From contig DATERJ010000008.1 in NCBI GenBank assembly GCA_035271645.1, positions 1,051 through 65,050 of the forward strand: 64,000 nucleotides of DNA, written 5' to 3'. This document shows positions 59,605 to 64,000 of the stretch, piece after piece; position 1 is the first letter of the stretch; every line of letters begins with the position of its first letter. This stretch comes from Candidatus Dojkabacteria bacterium (GTDB lineage Bacteria; Patescibacteriota; Dojkabacteria; SC72). A program made the translations under genes and the position numbers. The notes under the pieces are model-generated. The model was given only the letters and a program-made list of their open reading frames with translations, was not told where the DNA came from and did no database searches.

Positions 59605-60219
59605 TCTTGCTTTCTTAGAGGTGGGTAGTATGTTTAATATTCTTCTATAATGTGGCAAATACTTGACTTTGATGTTTTTATATCCGCATCTTTGAAGTAA
59701 GAGTTTATACTCATTAAAATTCCTTATACCTATGTGTCCTGAAGTTTGTGGGAGGATTCCTATATCCTTCATCCTTTCTAAGATAAAGTCTTTATTTGGT
59801 GTATGTATGATTAGTTGCCCCTTTTCTTTCATTGCCCCTTTAATCGCTGTATATATTTTTATAAACTCTCCATCCTCTATATGTTCAGAGAAATCTAGTG
59901 TAAATGACTTAGTGTATTTGTTAGGATTTTGCTTACAGAATTTCACGATATCCCCTTTGAAGAAGTATGTATTTTTTATTTCGTTTTCTTTTACCCATTC
60001 TTTACATTCTTTTATAAAAAGAGAGGATTTGTCCACACCGTTATATTCTTGGTAATTTTGGTTTAATGCTTTAGGGAGGAGTCCGTTACCACAGGCAAAA
60101 TCTCCGATTAAGTCTTTTTTTTCTACTTTTATATTTTCTAAAATGTTTTTTATCCTGTTACCAGGAGTTTTATGATAATGCTCAACATACTTCTTTGTTT
60201 CATAAATATCGGTGTTCAT
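59581..60219 (-). CDS. Class I SAM-dependent methyltransferase
   Basis: Motif I LIGDFACGNGLL. Confidence 0.7.
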   Translation of the reverse strand: MNTDIYETKKYVEHYHKTPGNRIKNILENIKVEKKDLIGDFACGNGLLPKALNQNYQEYNGVDKSSLFIKECKEWVKENEIKNTYFFKGDIVKFCKQNPNKYTKSFTLDFSEHIEDGEFIKIYTAIKGAMKEKGQLIIHTPNKDFILERMKDIGILPQTSGHIGIRNFNEYKLLLQRCGYKNIKVKYLPHYRRILNILPTSKKARLLITCTK

Positions 60220-60331
60220 AACCTTCTTGTTAAATTAAACTAAGAGATTATATTAGATATTATGTATAGAATTCAAACATTTACTTACTTGATGTATAAT
60301 ACATCATATATTTTTTATATTAGTTTGCTGA

Positions 60332-61306
60332 GTGAAAGAATTTTGGAAATACCTAAAAGTAGTTATAACGTTAGGCGTAGTAGCATATTTTGTATACTAT
60401 TTTTATAATAACAAATCAGATTTACTAGCCGTTTTTCATATATCTCCTAGTTATTTGATACTTGTTTTCTTCTTAGCATCTCTAACAATCTTTATTAATG
60501 GTGTCTTTATTAAAGTTATTCTTCAGTCTTTTAAGAAAGTTATTACTGTATTGGAGTCTTTTTATGTGTCCGTTATATCTTCATTGGGTAATTACTTCTT
60601 ACCTCTACATGGTGGTACAGTGATAAGATCTGTATATCTGAAAAAGAAATTTGATTTTCCATATGCACACTTTGTATCAACCTTATATGGTTATTATGTA
60701 GTAGTTTTTTTAGTTAACTCATTTATGGGTTTACTATCCTTAGCTTTCATTACTTTTAAATACGGTATCTCATCCCTTCCTTTGTATCTTTTCTTTGGTG
60801 GGTTGTTTATCACTATGTTAGTTTTAACATTTATTAAATTGCCTTCTAGAAAAGAAAGGAAGGGTAAGGTTAAGTTTTTGGATAAGGCTCTTGGAGTCTT
60901 GAATAAGATATCTGAAGGTTGGAATACGATTGTTGAGAATAAGAAATTATTATTAAATCTTGTAGGTATATCTTTAATATTCTTTATAGCAACGGGTATC
61001 CTTTATTATTTTCAGTTTAAAGCTCTAGGTATAGATGTTACTGTTATTAAGGTTCTTCTTTATAATTGTTTGTCAGGTGTTTCTTTATTAGTAAGTATTA
61101 CTCCTGGATCTTTAGGTATTAGAGAGGGGATATTTTCTATAACTTCTGATATACTTGGTATTAGTAATGAGCAGATTATGCAATTAGCATTATTGGATAG
61201 AGGGGTAATGTTGTTATGTTTGGTTGTGTTAGGGGTAGTATTATACTTGGTTAAAATGATTCTTGATAAAAAGAGTGCACTCACACAACCAATGGATACT
61301 AACTAA
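60332..61306 (+). CDS. Flippase-like / lysyl-PG synthase TM-domain (UPF0104) membrane protein
   Basis: 8-TM protein with conserved GSLGIREG near the C-terminus. Confidence 0.55.
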   Translation: MKEFWKYLKVVITLGVVAYFVYYFYNNKSDLLAVFHISPSYLILVFFLASLTIFINGVFIKVILQSFKKVITVLESFYVSVISSLGNYFLPLHGGTVIRSVYLKKKFDFPYAHFVSTLYGYYVVVFLVNSFMGLLSLAFITFKYGISSLPLYLFFGGLFITMLVLTFIKLPSRKERKGKVKFLDKALGVLNKISEGWNTIVENKKLLLNLVGISLIFFIATGILYYFQFKALGIDVTVIKVLLYNCLSGVSLLVSITPGSLGIREGIFSITSDILGISNEQIMQLALLDRGVMLLCLVVLGVVLYLVKMILDKKSALTQPMDTN

Positions 61307-62345
61307 GAATTTTCTTTAAAAAACTTCTTAGCTTAAGTGGGATTAGCTTTCTTCTAAGCTTTTCCCATATGGTATCTCTCATAAGTACCTCTATATTTTC
61401 AACCTGCCCTTCTCTGATAATGTCATAATTTGTATCTTTTGTATCTATGTTCATTTGTAAAATTTCTAAGTCTTTTTTATTTTTTAATATCTCATAAGTG
61501 TCTTCCCATTCTCCTGTTTGTTTTAATACTTGGAGAGCTACATATGCTTTCTCTATTCCCTGCGCATTTATTAGATACGAGAAACCGAGAGTGTAATTTT
61601 TGATTCTATCGTAATTTTTATCTTTTAAAGAATCGAGATATTTATCATACATTAGTAATAATTCTATCTTCATTCTCATTGTGTTTGTAGTTGTCTCATT
61701 TAGACCATGCCATCTATAATATGTAAGAATATTATCACATCTAGCAATCTTTATATGTGGTAACATTTTAAGCCATAGTTCTAGATCGTATGAGGTAATA
61801 AGGTTTGTATTAAACATCCCATATTCCTTAAATAAATAACTTTTGAGCATAACAGCAGATTTACATAGATAGTTCCCATTGAAAAATTTAAATTCTATAT
61901 TAGGACCAAAAATAATCTCTGGATTATATAAATTCCACCATAAATCAAAGAATTTATCTCCTGATTTTTGACCATTAGCATCTATTGCAGATACTTTAGT
62001 TGTTACCAAATCGTATCCTTTTTGCATCATCTCTATTTGTTCCTTTAATTTGTTTGGATGATATGAGTCATCTGCATCTAAGAAACAAATATATTCTCCT
62101 TTGGATAATTGGAATGCTTTATTTAATGTCTTAGTTACCCCACGGTTCTTTTGAGTATGAAGTTTGATTCTCTTGTCCTTGTATTCTTTTATTATGCTTA
62201 CAGATGAGTCTGTAGAACCATCATCTATAATTATAAGTTCCCAATTAGTGTATGTTTGTTGAAGGACTGAATCTATAGCAATCTTTATATAATTTTCATA
62301 ATTAAAAGAGGGCATTAATATACTGACTTTAGGATTCATATTCAT
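61299..62345 (-). CDS. Glycosyltransferase family 2
   Basis: VSILMPSFNYENYIKIAIDSVLQQTYTNWELIIIDDGSTD and DADD. Confidence 0.85.
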   Translation of the reverse strand: MNMNPKVSILMPSFNYENYIKIAIDSVLQQTYTNWELIIIDDGSTDSSVSIIKEYKDKRIKLHTQKNRGVTKTLNKAFQLSKGEYICFLDADDSYHPNKLKEQIEMMQKGYDLVTTKVSAIDANGQKSGDKFFDLWWNLYNPEIIFGPNIEFKFFNGNYLCKSAVMLKSYLFKEYGMFNTNLITSYDLELWLKMLPHIKIARCDNILTYYRWHGLNETTTNTMRMKIELLLMYDKYLDSLKDKNYDRIKNYTLGFSYLINAQGIEKAYVALQVLKQTGEWEDTYEILKNKKDLEILQMNIDTKDTNYDIIREGQVENIEVLMRDTIWEKLRRKLIPLKLRSFLKKILS

Positions 62346-62382
62346 GTATAATGTTTAAATAATAACAATCTAATTATAAGTT

Positions 62383-63375
62383 TTGATTTGGAATAAAGCA
62401 ATTATAAAGATGAATCACGAACGTAATAAACAATTTGTATATAGAGTTATCAATAAATCTCTAATAAATAAATATTGTGTAATTAAAAATAAAGCGAGCC
62501 TGAATGAAAGTGTTGAGTTAGTTTCAATAATTATGCTTAGCTTTAACAGGGTTGAAGATACGGTATTTTCTATTAAAAATATTTATAAGCACATTCATAT
62601 ACCTTTTGAATTGATTGTTTTTGACAATAATTCAGATGCAGAACAGTTAAAAATTTTAAGGAAATTTATAAAATCTTATAAAAATCTGAAGTTGATTGAA
62701 TCCAGCGAAAATCTTGGATGTGCAGGAGGGAGAGTAGAGGCTGTAAAGTCTGCGAAAGGAGAATACTATCTTTTCTTAGATAATGATATTGTAGTTACTC
62801 CTTATTGTGTTGAAAACCTTATTAATACTATCAACCTTGATAAAAAAACGGCCGCTGTTTGTTCCAAGGTTATTTTCCCAGATATGACAATTCAATTTAA
62901 TGGAGGGACCATGCTAGAAGATGCTCATTTCTATCGCTACAACCTTTTAGATAGTTTTAAGTTGTTCTGGGATAGGACAACTGTAAATAACTTTGTATCT
63001 TGTCCTTGGATACCAGGTGGTGCCACACTATGGAGGGCAAAGTATTACAAAAAATTTCCTATAGATCCTGAAATGCAAGGGAGCTTTGAAGACAACGAGG
63101 TATCAATACGTATCCATAAAGCAGGATACAAACTAAGGAATTGTCCTCGTTCAGTGATGATTCACTATCATGTAAATTTTAAGGATTTGGCTTTCAAAGA
63201 GAAAGAGAGGAGATACATGTCGGGGAGATATAACAATGAAAGGACGATAAAAGCATTGAGACATTTTTGGAAAAAGCATGAAAAAGGTTTTATTTTTGAT
63301 AATGAGGAAGCGACATATGGATTTTTGGGAGATTATAAGTATGAGAGTATTAAAAAGTTTTTATCGAGTAAATAA
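62383..63375 (+). CDS. Glycosyltransferase family 2 (start may be internal)
   Basis: VSIIMLSFNRVED...VFDNNS, DND. Confidence 0.75.
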   Translation: MIWNKAIIKMNHERNKQFVYRVINKSLINKYCVIKNKASLNESVELVSIIMLSFNRVEDTVFSIKNIYKHIHIPFELIVFDNNSDAEQLKILRKFIKSYKNLKLIESSENLGCAGGRVEAVKSAKGEYYLFLDNDIVVTPYCVENLINTINLDKKTAAVCSKVIFPDMTIQFNGGTMLEDAHFYRYNLLDSFKLFWDRTTVNNFVSCPWIPGGATLWRAKYYKKFPIDPEMQGSFEDNEVSIRIHKAGYKLRNCPRSVMIHYHVNFKDLAFKEKERRYMSGRYNNERTIKALRHFWKKHEKGFIFDNEEATYGFLGDYKYESIKKFLSSK

Positions 63376-63391
63376 TATAAAATAAGATATC

Positions 63392-64000
63392 ATGTTAAGA
63401 AAGTTACAAATAAAATATAAAAGTATTTTTTTTATAATACTTTTTATCATATTATGTTCTTCCGTTACAGTTAGTGTTATTTATCCATCATTAAAATTCT
63501 TCATACTTGTTCCTATTGCTATATTCTCGGGATTAATATATCCATATTTGCTGAAAAGTATTATCCCTGTTAAAAATATTTTGACATATATAACCCTTTC
63601 CCTCTTTTTTGGCCTCTTTTTAAACTCTCTTCTTATTTTTATTATTGGGCTATTGGGTTTTTCTATTACGAAGATATTTCTAATATGCTATTTCGGAATT
63701 ATGATGTTTGTCCACATCTTGCTATTCACTATAAGAGTCCCAGAGGATGAAGTTAAACGATATATTCAGAATTTCAAACCGCAAATTACAGATATGGTGT
63801 GGATAGTTATTTTTTCTATTTCCTTTGTCTTTTTCCTCCAACTTTGTACTGAAAGATATTTTCCTAACTGGGACAATTTCACTTATTGGGCAATAGACTC
63901 TAAGTATATATTCGAAACAGGAAGTCTCTATGGTCGCTCCCTAGACCTTTTGGAGAAATTCTACCTACCTTTTTATCCATTACAATTGAGCTATGTCTAT
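63392..64000 (+). CDS. Polytopic membrane protein, truncated by the window end
   Basis: Open frame from the ATG at 63392 with multiple hydrophobic helices. It continues past the window edge. Confidence 0.35.
   Translation, partial: MLRKLQIKYKSIFFIILFIILCSSVTVSVIYPSLKFFILVPIAIFSGLIYPYLLKSIIPVKNILTYITLSLFFGLFLNSLLIFIIGLLGFSITKIFLICYFGIMMFVHILLFTIRVPEDEVKRYIQNFKPQITDMVWIVIFSISFVFFLQLCTERYFPNWDNFTYWAIDSKYIFETGSLYGRSLDLLEKFYLPFYPLQLSYVY

Noticed and set aside
1-64000. CRISPR arrays, rRNA genes, intact transposases or integrases
   Set aside because: No regularly spaced direct repeats, no rRNA-like conserved stretches, and no DDE or tyrosine-recombinase ORFs were seen in any frame.

Overview
This looks like a low-GC (about one third GC), gene-dense bacterial chromosome segment using the standard code (TGA and TAG appear as stops). 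The gene content and order suggest a reduced-genome, Patescibacteria/CPR-like organism; that is an inference, not a measurement. Most of the window is core housekeeping and can be called from sequence with reasonable confidence. Recognisable core genes, left to right: a SurA_N-like membrane chaperone (-); the FtsE-FtsX-EnvC(M23) division operon (-); prfB (-); gpmI (+); uppP (-); a GT1 glycosyltransferase; tRNA-Phe and tRNA-Gly; a DedA membrane protein; a reduced division cluster ftsQ-ftsA-ftsZ-ftsW running straight into rplU - UPF0020-like RNA methyltransferase - rpmA - a SpoU methyltransferase; parB-parA-lepB-DUF218 (-); tRNA-Glu (-); trmD-lysS; nrnA (-); serS-thpR; miaA (-); a HigB/HigA-like toxin-antitoxin pair; tRNA-Pro; cysS; a multi-TM sensor histidine kinase; ferredoxin-HIT; a DsbA-like protein; and a roughly 13 kb envelope-glycan cluster (GT2 enzymes, Wzm/Wzt ABC exporter, UDP-GlcNAc 2-epimerase, UDP-ManNAc dehydrogenase, polyprenyl-phosphate GT). 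Candidates for new biology, in order of interest: (1) a four-gene orphan module at 23.6-26.1 kb next to tRNA-Glu, with foreign CGN arginine codon usage and an adjacent PDDEXK-nuclease remnant; (2) a plus-strand insertion at 1.1-2.5 kb with a near-consensus promoter, a long leader hairpin, a duplicated palindromic pre-RBS element, a 56-aa TM peptide and a 309-aa Cys-containing unknown protein; (3) a pair of 22-bp palindromes flanking a GC-richer 160-bp segment between nrnA and serS; (4) a 471-aa unknown carrying an NPPY motif upstream of an orphan sensor kinase. I found no CRISPR array, rRNA gene or intact transposase. All calls are from reading the sequence and translations; no database searches were possible.
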